From Macrostomum lignano (Eukaryota): 64,000 bases of DNA. Both the position numbers and the translations under genes were made by a program. Position 1 is the stretch's first letter, and each line of letters opens with the position of its first letter. The stretch lies in NCBI GenBank assembly GCA_002269645.1, contig NIVC01003943.1:1-64000 (forward strand), read 5' to 3'. Under the pieces are notes generated by a model. That model was not told where the DNA came from, did no database searches, and saw only the letters and a program-made list of their open reading frames with translations. Of the stretch, positions 11,407 to 23,843 are shown in pieces.

Positions 11407-11650
11407 GAGCATAACAGGTGTCCTACTGTTATGCTCTGATTCTGTCAGGGATAATATGGATGGATTTAATGGGATTATGGAGGATGTTTTGTGAGCGAGT
11501 GCGACCCCCCTTTTTTTCTGATTCTGTCGGGGATAATATGGATGGATTTAGGTGGATTATGGAGGACGTTTTCGGAGCGAGTGCGACCCCCCTTTTTTTC
11601 TGATTCTGTCAGGGATAATATGGATGGATTTAATGGGATTATGGAGGAGG
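11407..11650. repeat. Polinton subterminal structure: 11-bp-stem hairpin plus three ~82-bp direct repeats
   Basis: GAGCATAACAG-gtgtccta-CTGTTATGCTC (11407-11436). Units TCTGATTCTGTC.GGGATAATATGGATGGATTT... start at ~11436, ~11517 and ~11599. Confidence 0.8.
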
Positions 11651-13777
11651 TGAAAAATTTTGTCCCAGAAGCCCCCTCATGCCTTCTACGTACCATCAAG
11701 CACACGGAAATTAAATTTGAAAGTAAATCTAAGCAAGATTAGCAGTTGCATAACATAAGTAGAGGTCTGCTAATCGCAGGTGCAAAAATAAAAGCAAAAA
11801 AATACTAGGGCTGTTAGCAGTCCGACAAGTTTTTCGTTGCCAATAAATGAAGCGGACTGAAATTGGTGCTTTGAACTGCGAGGCCCAGGTTAGCCAGATT
11901 CCTTAGCGCAGTAACGATCTATTGCTGAATCATTGCTTTGCTTTAGATGCGAGTTTGGCGAAATACTCCAATCGTAAACTTCATAGCACACAGCGATTTA
12001 AGCGATTTTATAGGGAGCGAAAGGGGTCTTATGAGATCGATAACAAGGGGAAAAGCAAAATATGGTGTATTGCCGTTACTTTACTGTACGCCCGCCGCTC
12101 CCAATGTAGGTAAAGCGTCAAACTTTGCATCATGTAAAAGAAAACAAAATTTCGAACAATCTGGCGAAAAATTATCATTTTAAGTGCAATTGATCCAGAG
12201 TTATAAGCAGTTTAGCTGCAATGCAAACTTTAAAAAATTGCCATATATTTCGAGTGTTGTGTCCTTCTACTAAGTAGTCCTTGTTGCGAACCCATATGCG
12301 AACATTCCTATTTAGCCAATTCGTTCATATGATATTTATGCAGCACGCCACGGCCTTTTGCGAAATAATACTTTTTGTGGTGCTTAAATAAAAAAACGAA
12401 TTAATAATGTACAAAAGGGGTTTTGCACATTTTGAAGCGAGGGGGAGGTGTATTTGGGTGTAATTAAAAACCGGATAGATTTACTTTTACACTACTAACA
12501 GTAGTTTCCAGTAGCAGAAACATCAGTAACAGTAGCAGAAACAGTTGAGGTTTTGGGGGAATCTTTATAAATACAGGGTTACCGAAATTTAGAAACGGCT
12601 GAGAGAGTTCGTATTTTTAACCATATGTAAAGTTCTTAGTTTGCATCGCGCTGCATCCTAGATACGAGTGCGACGGCTATGAGGTCAATACAATGAGGTC
12701 CTGAGGTCAGCACGGAATTTACGAAGAGAAGGCTGCGCGCAAGTTCAAAGGGACCCAAGGACGCTACATGTTGCTCTTTCAACTGCATTCCGTGTTTGCA
12801 GCCGCAGAGAGCAACGTCTGGCGCGCCAGTTTCACGTTGCAGTCATTGAGAGTGGCGAATGCGACCGGATAGGCAATCGGGTGGAGCTTGGCGTCCGTAT
12901 TTCCTGGCTGCCGCACTCAAGTTCGGGTTCCGTCGCCGGGAGCAAGAAGCAAGCTTCGAACCAAGACGATGCTACTGAGGATCACCCAGACTGCGACCCG
13001 AAAGAAGACACCGGCACCAAGCGCCGGCACGGTACGTACAAAGGCGCCAGGCAAGATGGTGGCGACCAAAGACATTGCGCGATGCCAAATCTCGAACTCT
13101 GATGAGGAGTCCAATGCCACCGAACAGGAGTGAGCAATGTTCGTTTTATTTAAATTCCATGTCAGCACAGCATACCTAAAGCAACGGCAAGCATGTCTAA
13201 GTCTAGTGAAAATCAACTCGGCTTTACTTGTTTCGGGCATAATTTGTTTGGCTGCTTGTCTGCTGGGCTCGAAGATTTGCGTGATTTTTAGGCATGGATT
13301 TCGCTGCATTACTCGCTTGCAATAACTAAATGCCCAACGTTAGTGCCGTCACCCAAAATCGAGAACACGCCCTTCCTCGGCCACCTCACTATGAGACATG
13401 CTTGCTGCAAGGGCTTAGGCAAAACGGTCTTTAATGCTGTTGCGTTGGCGGCGGCTGCGATAGCAGTATAGTATGGAGCATTCCACCATCTACTGCTGGA
13501 CCGGAAGCGTCTCATGGAACAAAGGAAATCAAAATTTTGGTAAAAGATTTACTTAATTGCTAAGGCATATTCGTATAAACTTTAGGCGAACAAAGAACAG
13601 ATTCCTCGGATGAGGATGCCACAGGGGAGCATCCAGACGCCGTTTAAAATAATTATGTACATTATAAAAAATATGTATCGTTAACTCGCATGAGTCCAAT
13701 TTTAAAATTCTCGAAAATTCTTGGCTTTTGTAAGAAATACTGGCTGGTCACAGTCCCTATTTTACGTCCTAGATGTC

Positions 13778-14676
13778 CTAGGAGTCCCTGGCTTTCCCGC
13801 CTAGTTTCCAGTCCCAGTCCAGCGGAGATCTAGGAGTCCCTGGCTTTCCCGCCTAGTTTCCAGTCCCAGTCCAGCGGAGATCTAGGAGTCCCTGGCTTTC
13901 CCGCCTAGTTTCCAGTCCCAGTCCAGCGGAGATCTAGGAGTCCCTGGCTTTCCCGCCTAGTTTCCAGTCCCAGTCCAGCGGAGATCTAGGAGTCCCTGGC
14001 TTTCCCGCCTAGTTTCCAGTCCCAGTCCAGCGGAGATCTAGGAGTCCCTGGCTTTCCCGCCTAGTTTCCAGTCCCAGTCCAGCGGAGATCTAGGAGTCCC
14101 TGGCTTTCCCGCCTAGTTTCCAGTCCCAGTCCAGCGGAGATCTAGGAGTCCCTGGCTTTCCCGCCTAGTTTCCAGTCCCAGTCCAGCGGAGATCTAGGAG
14201 TCCCTGGCTTTCCCGCCTAGTTTCCAGTCCCAGTCCAGCGGAGATCTAGGAGTCCCTGGCTTTTTCGCCCTAGTTTCCAGTCCCAGTCCAGCGGAGATCT
14301 AGGAGTCCCTGGCTTTCCCGCCTAGTTTCCAGTCCCAGTCCAGCGGAGATCTAGGAGTCCCTGGCTTTCCCGCCTAGTTTTCAGTCCCAGTCCAGTGGAG
14401 ATCTAGGAGTCCCTGGCTTTCCCGCCTAGTTTCCAGTCCCAGTCCAGCGGAGATCTAGGAGTCCCTGGCTTTCCCGCCTAGTTTCCAGTCCCAGTCCAGC
14501 GGAGATCTAGGAGTCCCTGGCTTTTTCGCCCTAGTTTCCAGTCCAAGTCTAGCTGAGATCTAGGAGTCCCTGGCTTTCCCGCCTAGTTTCCAGTCCCAGT
14601 CCAGCGGAGATCTAGGAGTCCCTGGCTTTTTCGCCCTAGTTTCCAGTCCAAGTCTAGCTGAGATCTAGGAGTCCCT
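13778..14676. repeat. 52-bp minisatellite, ~17 copies
   Basis: Unit CTAGGAGTCCCTGGCTTTCCCGCCTAGTTTCCAGTCCCAGTCCAGCGGAGAT repeated head-to-tail without spacers. Confidence 0.97.
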
Positions 14677-15730
14677 GCTTCTGCGCATCGAAATTGCGCA
14701 GCTCCTAACTGAATCAGTGACAGTAAACAGCAGAGCAAACGCTCGAATGCAATACACTAAAATTATTTTTCGCCACTAACCTAAACTACTTGATGAAGAA
14801 ATTCGTAAGTAGAATAACTTGGACATTATTGTGCACAATTTGTTTTCGGGTATGTTTTACGAATGATCTTGAAATTAAAAATAAAAATGTTAATATGGAT
14901 TTAAATATAGAATACAATCTTCTATTCAGATGGCTCATGGCTTCTCTTAAACTGCAAAACTAGAACACAGCAAAATAGTGCATTTGAACATCAATATATT
15001 GACCCAACTGCTTTGACAAGCTGCTGCTCTCGAAGAGCAGATCAGAGCAGACGAACAATTAACTGCAACGAATAGCACAAAAGCTATCAAGGCACTTTCA
15101 ATACCAATAGTTTTTGAAGACCATACCAACTGAAGCACAAAAGCTCTCGAAAAACTTACCAACTCGAACCTGAATCTCACTAATATGCAACATAAAGCTT
15201 GCAGTATCTGAACGAACGAATTCGCGGACGCACGCAAGCGACTGTAGCCTCTGCTGTGGCTGTGAATCAGGCAGCCGAACCCCATGCAAGCCGAAGCATA
15301 AAAGGTTAAGAAAGAGGCAGAGAGGAGTGTCCTGCGCCTCTACAGATGCAGCCTCCCCCCCCCCCCCTCCCCAGGCTCCCCTTCCATTCGCTGCAGCCAC
15401 TGAATACAGAGATTGCCGCGCAGACTGATGACTAATGCGTCAAGCATGCCTGCTGGTCAGTCACAGAACTGTTCCAGCTTCACCCTCTGGGGCCAAGGCC
15501 GCCACTGTCTGGGATGGTCTGTCTGGCTCAAGGCCCTGACACAGTTCTGGCCCAGATCTGTGCAAAAAGCGTTTAGGTTCCAAATAATCTGGAATCCAAA
15601 AAGCCTAGACTAGACTTCAGGCAAGTTGTAAGTGGGTCTGTCAGTAATCGAATCTCTATTAGGCTTTTCAAAGTTCCGATTCCAGAACTAGGAATGGATT
15701 GGAGCCTTGCAGTTTGCTTGGTCCAGATCT

Positions 15731-17163
15731 GAAACTGTGTGCTCTGTTCTGGAACTGTGTGCTCTGTTCTGGAACTGTGTGCTCTGTTCTGGAACTATGT
15801 GCACTGTTCTGGAACTGTGTGCTCTGTTCTGGAACTGTGTGCTCTGTTCTGGAACTGTGTGCACTGTTCTGGAACTGTGTGCTCTGTTCTGGAACTGTGT
15901 GCTCTGTTCTGGAACTGTGTGCTCTGTTCTGGAACTGTGTGCTCTGTTCTGGAACTGTGTGCTCTGTTCTGGAACTGTGTGCTCTGTTCTGGAACTGTGT
16001 GCTCTGTTCTGGAACTGTGTGCTCTGTTCTGGAACTGTGTGCTCTGTTCTGGAACTGTGTGCTCTGTTCTGGAACTGTGTGCTCTGTTCTGGAACTGTGT
16101 GCTCTGTTCTGGAACTGTGTGCTCTGTTCTGGAACTGTGTGCTCTGTTCTGGAACTGTGTGCTCTGTTCTGGAACTGTGTGCTCTGTTCTGGAACTGTGT
16201 GCTCTGTTCTGGAACTGTGTGCTCTGTTCTGGAACTGTGTGCTCTGTTCTGGAACTGTGTGCTCTGTTCTGGAACTGTGTGCTCTGTTCTGGAACTGTGT
16301 GCTCTGTTCTGAAACTGTGTGCTCTGTTCTGGAACTGTGTGCTCTGTTCTGAAACTGTGTACTCTGTTCTGGAACTGTGTGCTCTGTTCTGGAACTGTGT
16401 GCTCTGTTCTGGAACTGTGTGCTCTGTTCTGGAACTGTGTACTCTGTTCTGGAACTGTGTGCTCTGTTCTGGAACTGTGTGCTCTGTTCTGGAACTGTGT
16501 GCTCTGTTCTGGAACTGTGTGCTCTGTTCTGGAACTGTGTACTCTGTTCTGGAACTGTGTGCTCTGTTCTGGAACTGTGTGCTCTGTTCTGGAACTGTGT
16601 GCTCTGTTCTGGAACTGTGTGCTCTGTTCTGGAACTGTGTACTCTGTTCTGGAACTGTGTGCTCTGTTCTGGAACTGTGTGCTCTGTTCTGGAACTGTGT
16701 ACTCTGTTCTGGAACTGTGTGCTCTGTTCTGGAACTGTGTACTCTGTTCTGGAACTGTGTGCTCTGTTCTGGAACTGTGTACTCTGTTCTGGAACTGTGT
16801 GCTCTGTTCTGGAACTGTGTGCTCTGTTCTGAAACTGTGTGCTCTGTTCTGGAACTGTGTGCTCTGTTCTGGAACTGTGTGCTCTGTTCTGGAACTGTGT
16901 GCTCTGTTCTGGAACTGTGTGCTCTGTTCTGGAACTGTGTGCTCTGTTCTGGAACTGTGTACTCTGTTCTGGAACTGTGTGCTCTGTTCTGAAACTGTGT
17001 GCTCTGTTCTGGAACTGTGTACTCTGTTCTGGAACTGTGTGCTCTGTTCTGGAACTGTGTACTCTGTTCTGGAACTGTGTGCTCTGTTCTGGAACTGTGT
17101 GCTCTGTTCTGGAACTGTGTACTCTGTTCTGGAACTGTGTGCTCTGTTCTGGAACTGTGCTCT
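15731..17163. repeat. 20-bp minisatellite, ~72 copies
   Basis: Unit CTGTGTGCTCTGTTCTGGAA; explains the long Cys/Leu-repeat ORFs in the track. Confidence 0.98.
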
Positions 17164-17976
17164 GTCAAGACTTGCTTAGGAATTTTTCAAAAGGCCTCGG
17201 AACAAGCGACAACACTTCGATCGATTGAAATCAGCCTTCAAGCCTGGCATGCAGATGCAGGCCTGTTTCTCAAGCACACGGAGTCAGAGGTAGAAGGCAT
17301 CGGTCTACGAGCGTAGGTTCAATTTTACCCTCTGCGTTTACTTTTCCATTCGTTTACTGACAGACTAACCAGCAGCCGCTGCCTCCCTTGCCAACCAGCG
17401 ATTGGAAATCAAGTAGGCCGAACAGGGGCTCGCACTAACCATACGGAAGTTCGGCCATTTCATTTTCGCCAAGACACGGAAGCCTCATCCGGCAGCGGGA
17501 CAGGCGAGAGATGGGCGGCAGTGGATTGACTAGCGGAGTTCGCGCGGCTATTCAATCGCAAAAGAAAGATTTAGGGAGAGAGAGAAGGGGGCGCACGGAG
17601 GAGATGCAAAGATAACTTTTCAGTGAGCTAAATTTGGACGAGTGAAAGTACTGCAGCCGTCGCGCCGAAGGGGAGGGCAGTTTCCAGTTTCCAGTGTTTC
17701 CGAGACTCGATGGGGCAGTTAGGAATTCGGACAGCGGGGCTGGGGGCACTAGAGAGGCAGGGAGGTTGCCGAAGCCTCTGCCGAGGCGGCAAGTGCTTTC
17801 CCGAATTCCGAATTCTGCGCCCGGCCGGCCGCCCCCAGTTAAGCCTTCAGACAGCCGGTCAGCGAGGGCCACTCGGCCAGAACCCATAAAAGACGGCCAA
17901 AGATCAGCAGAACCGGACACAGACCAGAGGCATTCAGAGCTACTATGCGAGTGCACTTTGACTCGACGAATCCTGG

Positions 17977-18477
17977 ATGCCCGCGATCGAAACTTCTGCC
18001 GGCTCGCCGCAGCCGCAGTCGACCACGCCGCAGCCGCAGCCTCTGCAGCTTCAGCTGCACCAGATGCCGAAGACTTCCAGCGCGCTGGCTGTCGGGACCG
18101 GGTGGCCAGTTTGGGCGGCGCACCTGCTGGTTGTGGCCGCCTGCTTCGCCCTGCTGTGCGTCAGCTTCGCAGCCTACCATCGAAAGCAGCTGCGGGTGGC
18201 TGCGGCCAAGCGGCACCGGCTAGCGATGCGCGGCCGGCCGAAACTGCGTATGATGTCCAGCGTGTCCGGCTGCGTGACCTTCGGCTCCGACGGCAACGGA
18301 GGCCACCCGAACGCCTGCGGCTGTCCGCTGCGGCTCAGCGCCGACATGGGCGTCCCGTTTGGTGGCTCGCTCGGTGGCGCCGGCTTCGCGGCGGACTCCG
18401 GCAAGCGCAAGGGTGGCGGCATGCTGATGTTCGACTTCCGCCGGCAGTCGGGCAGGGGCGGCCCGAGCGCGATGTGA
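17977..18477 (+). CDS. Hypothetical single-pass membrane protein (166 aa) or terminal exon of a host gene
   Basis: GC3-rich host-like codon usage; low-complexity P/Q N-terminus, TM segment WPVWAAHLLVVAACFALLCVSFAAY followed by basic HRKQLR..KRHR. Confidence 0.45.
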   Translation: MPAIETSAGSPQPQSTTPQPQPLQLQLHQMPKTSSALAVGTGWPVWAAHLLVVAACFALLCVSFAAYHRKQLRVAAAKRHRLAMRGRPKLRMMSSVSGCVTFGSDGNGGHPNACGCPLRLSADMGVPFGGSLGGAGFAADSGKRKGGGMLMFDFRRQSGRGGPSAM

Positions 18478-18623
18478 CGGGCGTGACTGCGCCGGATCCT
18501 CTGGCCACATTGTCCCATTGTAATTCCTCACTATAAATTCTGCCTTTAATGCTCTGCTATGCAGTTTGAAGTCTCGATTGTTTCAATTCAGTGAACAGCG
18601 TTGAATTGCGTGCTTTATTTGCG

Positions 18624-19418
<795 letters not shown>

Positions 19419-20041
19419 GGCTAAAGAGATTAAACTGAAGTGCGAGCGAAACTTGCGGATGAGCGAGTAGCAGCAGAAACCAGGGACGTCTCACTCCCAT
19501 CTGCTCACTGTTGAATAAATTATGAGGACAAAAACACTTATCGCGAGTGTAGAAGAAGCACTGAAGTCTGGCACGGTTTTTGGAAATCATCTAGGAATGA
19601 ATGTCTGGGATGCGACAATAGCGAGCGAGAGAAAAACGTCAGGGACGCTGAGAGCCGTGAGAGGTAATAGAAAAAATGAACAAAAGGCAACGTATTTTGT
19701 CTTCTGTGTACCAGACTGAGATCTCCTGCTGCTTCTCAACTTCTTAGCAGCACTCAGCCGCCCTCTCTCCTAATTATTCTTTTCTTCTCCTGCCTGACTC
19801 TTCTCCTGCCTTCTTCTCCTGCGGGTCAGTCGATGAGATGACAACTGTGTCACCCTATGCATGATCGGAAGAGCTCGTGACAAACGATAGAATCAAGTTA
19901 GCAACGATCATCGATGCTTGATCTTGACGATATTCCTTTATTTTGTATTTATTTATGTATTTTTATTTATTTATTTATAATGAGGGCAAGTTTCAGCACT
20001 TATTAAAAGTATGTTCATTGCTGATACAAGTAGCGAACCTA

Positions 20042-20116
20042 GGGGCCGTAGCCCAGTGGTCCAGCGCGGCGCTCTTACGTGCCCGCGGCTCATGCACGAT
20101 TCCAAGTGCAGCCACA
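20042..20116 (+). other. tRNA-derived sequence (tRNA pseudogene or SINE head)
   Basis: GGGGCCG-TAGCCCAGTGG matches the Pol III A-box; TGCAC-GATTCCAA-GTGCA forms a T-arm-like stem followed by GCCACA. The B-box and anticodon arm are degenerate. Confidence 0.4.
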
Positions 20117-20561
20117 TTAATTTGGGGCTAAATCGGAATCTCGGCTTGGCTCTGCTCGTGCAATCAACGCCCTTGAGGGCCAACCCCAAAGGCACAGTGA
20201 AGTTTAAATGCCTAAAGATAGATAAAGTCAGGGCCGCTGTACACTCCTGTGTGAGTGTGTGCCTGTGCGTATGACTGCGTACGTATCCGCACGCTTGTGT
20301 GCCTGCTCAGAGGAGTCGGCGGAATGGGTTCCTCCCCATCCCCTCCCCTTTATTTACGGAATCTCTCGCTCCAACACAAATTTCTGCAAAAATATTGTTG
20401 TTGGGCAGCCAAATATGAGTGCTCATCTGAGCTAGGGCTGCTCCTGAAGCGCATCTGTCACGGGAAGTTGCAAACGGGAACTTATTAATTTTTAATGGCG
20501 CTGCCAAAGCCACTTAACATCGTTGAGAAAGCTGGGGCCAGAGCGAGGGAATTATCAGAAA

Positions 20562-22794
20562 TTAACCATTTGGAAGCCAAAGGCCTGCACCGCAGGACAT
20601 GCCGAAACGGCCCAAAAGCCCAGAGATTGATAAATGTCTATGGCATCAAAAATCATCTCCCAATCACTAAAGCAAGTGCCCAGTATGACCTGCTGTGCAG
20701 GTCATGACTGATTTAAAGAAGTCTATTATGCATTTCCATTATGTTTTCACTCAAATGTTAAAGGTGAAATAAGCGTGTAAAGTGAAAATATGATGTGATG
20801 CACAAATGCATGGTTCCAAACAAAACAAGGACATGAAAAGAAATAAAGTGTAGCAGGTTTCAAGTTAGGAGACGCCAATGCAGGACTGCAGGAATGCAGG
20901 GACCTCAAAGTGTCTCGTGCCAGATCCTGAAGCATGGATCTGGACAGAGACCAGGATTTCCGGGACATTGACTGCAGCAAAATACTGTCTTCTTAGCTGG
21001 AAGGTCAGGTTTCAAAGAGCACATTCGGCATCGTTTGCTTGGGCTTCCGTTACTGGGAGACTCAATTGGCGAATTAATTGGATGGTTGGCCTGCATCCGG
21101 GCTGGAACCTGAGTCGGTGGCCGAGCGCGTCCCTGTCTTGAGTCGCGGATCAGCGTCTTGATGCTATTCTCTAGGAAATTTAAAAAATTGGCTGTCCCAC
21201 CAAATTTCTTGTACAGCGTCCAAGAGTTTCGTCCAAGCGTGAGAATCAGGTGAAACGCGAATTTCTGGAACCATTTGTAGGACTTACAATTTGAATGGTA
21301 GAGATGCACGGACGCACCGAGTCGATCAACACCGCCCATGTTGCGATTGTACTGGATGACAGCCGTTGGCTTCGGAATTTGTTCAACTTGACCACCGCGA
21401 AGAATTCTGCGAACATCAGGTGCAAGCGGCAGGCATGCTTGTGTCCAGAAGGTAGACAACCTTTGTTCCCGAGGCCTTCTGTCAGCTAGCTTGATAGCGA
21501 GTGTCTGATCGCACCTCATGAAGCCCCGACCCGGAGCAACCACTAATTTTTCTTGCAATTCTCTCGGGATACCACGATCCTTTCGAACAGTTCCGGTGAG
21601 CAGTCGTTTTGTTGAACAATTAGATGGCCAATCTGTGTGACGTAAACCAACTGTCCGTGAATTTGTGATATCCTTCACCCAGCAGTTCGCGGCTAAGCTC
21701 AACAACGACTCGTTCGCTCATGGAGAGCTCATCGCATTGGAGACCAGCACCGAAGGTTGCGTGTTCGGCCTCAACAGAATGCAGTAGGAAATTCCACAGG
21801 TTTCCCGTCGTGGACTCAGTCGGCAATAAAGTTTGATGCCGTATACTTCGCCAATTCCTGCTTGGAATATACTGCTTCAGCAATAGTCTCCCTTATACAG
21901 AATCAGCGTCTCCTCGATGGCGACATCCTGCTCTGGTCGGTAGGTTTCGCGACAAATTCGGCTAATCAAGTCCAGAAAAGGCCTTACTTTACACAGTGGG
22001 TCGTTGATATTGAACTCTCGGCAGTCGTAGCACCGGAAGTGGGCCAGTAGTTGAAGAAATCGCCAACGGGGAAGGCTCTCGGCTTGCGAAAGTATGGATT
22101 CCGATACATGACGTCTGTGGACCAGTAGTGGCGTATGGTCGGCTTGCTGTTGATGCCCATGAAGAGCACCATGCCCAGAAACTTTTTCATCTCGGCCACA
22201 CAGCATGGTTTAAGAGCAGACACTCCAACAGGCAACTCTTCCTCGCCAGTTTCTGCACTCTCCTGCTGGAACTCCCTCACTGCCAACCACATTCGCTCAT
22301 CGATCCATGTGACAAGACTGGTGAGAAACTCTTCAGTCAGTAAGATAGATAAAAATTCTCTCATACCCTCGTCTGAATTTTCTGGTAGATCGATGCTTGG
22401 ATTGATGGTCAAAAACCCTCGGAATTCCGGCACCCCGTCGTGGTCAAACGAGTTGTCATTTCCAGGGGCTACTTCAGCCCATTCCGCGGTCGCCTCATCT
22501 TGGCTCTGATCAAATTCTGGATTCATGCTGTCTGGCTCCGTTTCTGGAACGGCCAGTCATCGCTTGATGAAGCGTCTTCCGAATCGGAATCCAATCCCAG
22601 TATGCGCAAGGCGTCACTTTTAGCTGTCCTTTTCGGGCGCGTAGAAGCCATTTGTGGGTAGGAAGGTTTGAACAGGAGCTAGCAGAAGAACTCTGTGGTA
22701 TACTTTACTTCTGGGCTTTTAGGGTGTGCACCCGATTCAGCAAAAAAGAAATTTGTCCATAGACTGACTGCTCTGCAGGCCTTTGGGCTTTTAA
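20562..22794 (-). mobile_element. piggyBac DNA transposon, decayed
   Basis: Transposase remnant flanked by TTAA (20562-20565; 22791-22794) and an imperfect inverted repeat AAGCC(C)AAAGGCCTGCA (20574-20589 vs 22774-22790), with shared subterminal motifs AAAAGCCCAGA and GTCTATGG. Confidence 0.8.
20905..22651 (-). pseudogene. piggyBac transposase pseudogene
   Basis: Acidic N-terminus DSDSEDASSSDD, KKFLGMVLFMG..YWS, DPLCKVRPFL, VAIEET (first catalytic D reads E), YGIKLY, TDSWFTS, GTVRKDRG, YNRNMGGVD, C-terminal CRMC..CCSQC..GLC..CF..WH Cys-rich domain; at least four frame breaks. Confidence 0.9.
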
Positions 22795-23843
22795 GCGATC
22801 GTACAGAACCAAGCTTGGGCGCGAAGTAACATTTGTTACTGTGGTAACTTGGCCTGCGTGCGCGTCGGGGGCGGGTGCTGGGTTTAAGTTTTTTGTCTCT
22901 CACTCTCGTTGAATGTACTTTGCTAGCGCGGGGTGGAGATTAGGGTGAGTCAGGCGATCGATAATAAAGCAGTTCAGTATAAAGCTGGCTTTTCTGCCTG
23001 CAATGTTGTTTACGCTTTTGTGCCACGATAAAGTTTTTACTTGACTTTATTGTAGATACATTCACTCGTATCCACTCAATGGGCAAGCTGCAAGAATTTC
23101 TGGCACCTCTTGAGCAACAATTTTCACGGCAATCAATATTTTTTCAATGTGGACGTTAACGACCTCCACACGTGCTTTTGCGAGCTTCATGGCTTAAGCG
23201 AGCCTTCCGCTAAGGCAAGCTGGCAAGAATGCTTTGCCTCTGCTGTCTCCTTCAATGTCAAATTGCTTTCCGTCGAAAAATATTAAGAAAAGCAAAAAAT
23301 ATTCCCAAGATATCAGGATCTTGGATTGAGACTTCAAAGCTGGGAGTGAGATGGGAGAGCTGGGAGTGAGATGGGAGGTGCTGGGAGTGAGATGGGAGAG
23401 CACTCAGAGCAGGGTCTGAGATGAAGTGTCCTGTGGTGAGGCTGAAGTGATGGGGTAAGATCTAAATTTACTAATTCTTGGTGACAGGTAGAAATCACAG
23501 AAATCGTGTTACGGGATCGTTAATTCTTGCTTTTAGTAGCAGTCCAAAAGCTTTTAGTCCAAAAGCTTTTAGGTAGCAGTAACGAGTCAATGTGCTTACA
23601 CTTCTGTGATGGATGCGGAAAGTTTGACAGCAAATATAGTTATTAGAGTTCGCAATGAGGTCCATCGGATTAAAGGCTAAAATGTTCCTCAGGACTGTGC
23701 GACAACTCGGGAGTGCGGGAACTGTGCGTGTTAACTATGCCACTCATCCAGCTGCATCGCACGCGCGTCTCAAAGAAAGTTTCATAAAGTCAGAAAATCG
23801 ACTGCTGCGTGGCAAAGGTTTTTATAATTAGTTTGTCTTCCAA

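Larger units (their letters stand above)
1..11700. mobile_element. Polinton/Maverick (adintovirus-like) endogenous dsDNA virus/transposon; left part incl. integrase and left TIR outside window
   Basis: Co-occurring pPolB, adenain protease, A32-like ATPase, major capsid and penton ORFs, tightly packed (ATGA overlap at 4180-4183), AT-rich and intronless, followed by subterminal repeats. The right boundary is approximate. Confidence 0.93.

Noticed and set aside
12491-12505. ACTACT-aac-AGTAGT palindrome resembling Polinton terminal hexamers
   Set aside because: Lies ~800 bp beyond the subterminal repeats in host-like sequence and cannot be tested without the left end; kept only as an alternative boundary.
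12881-13515. Cluster of short GC-richer ORFs
   Set aside because: No domain, no consistent splice structure; could be an exon or TE remnant but is unsupported.
13778-17163. Regular repeat arrays as possible CRISPR loci
   Set aside because: Units are head-to-tail with no unique spacers, there are no cas genes, and the context is eukaryotic.
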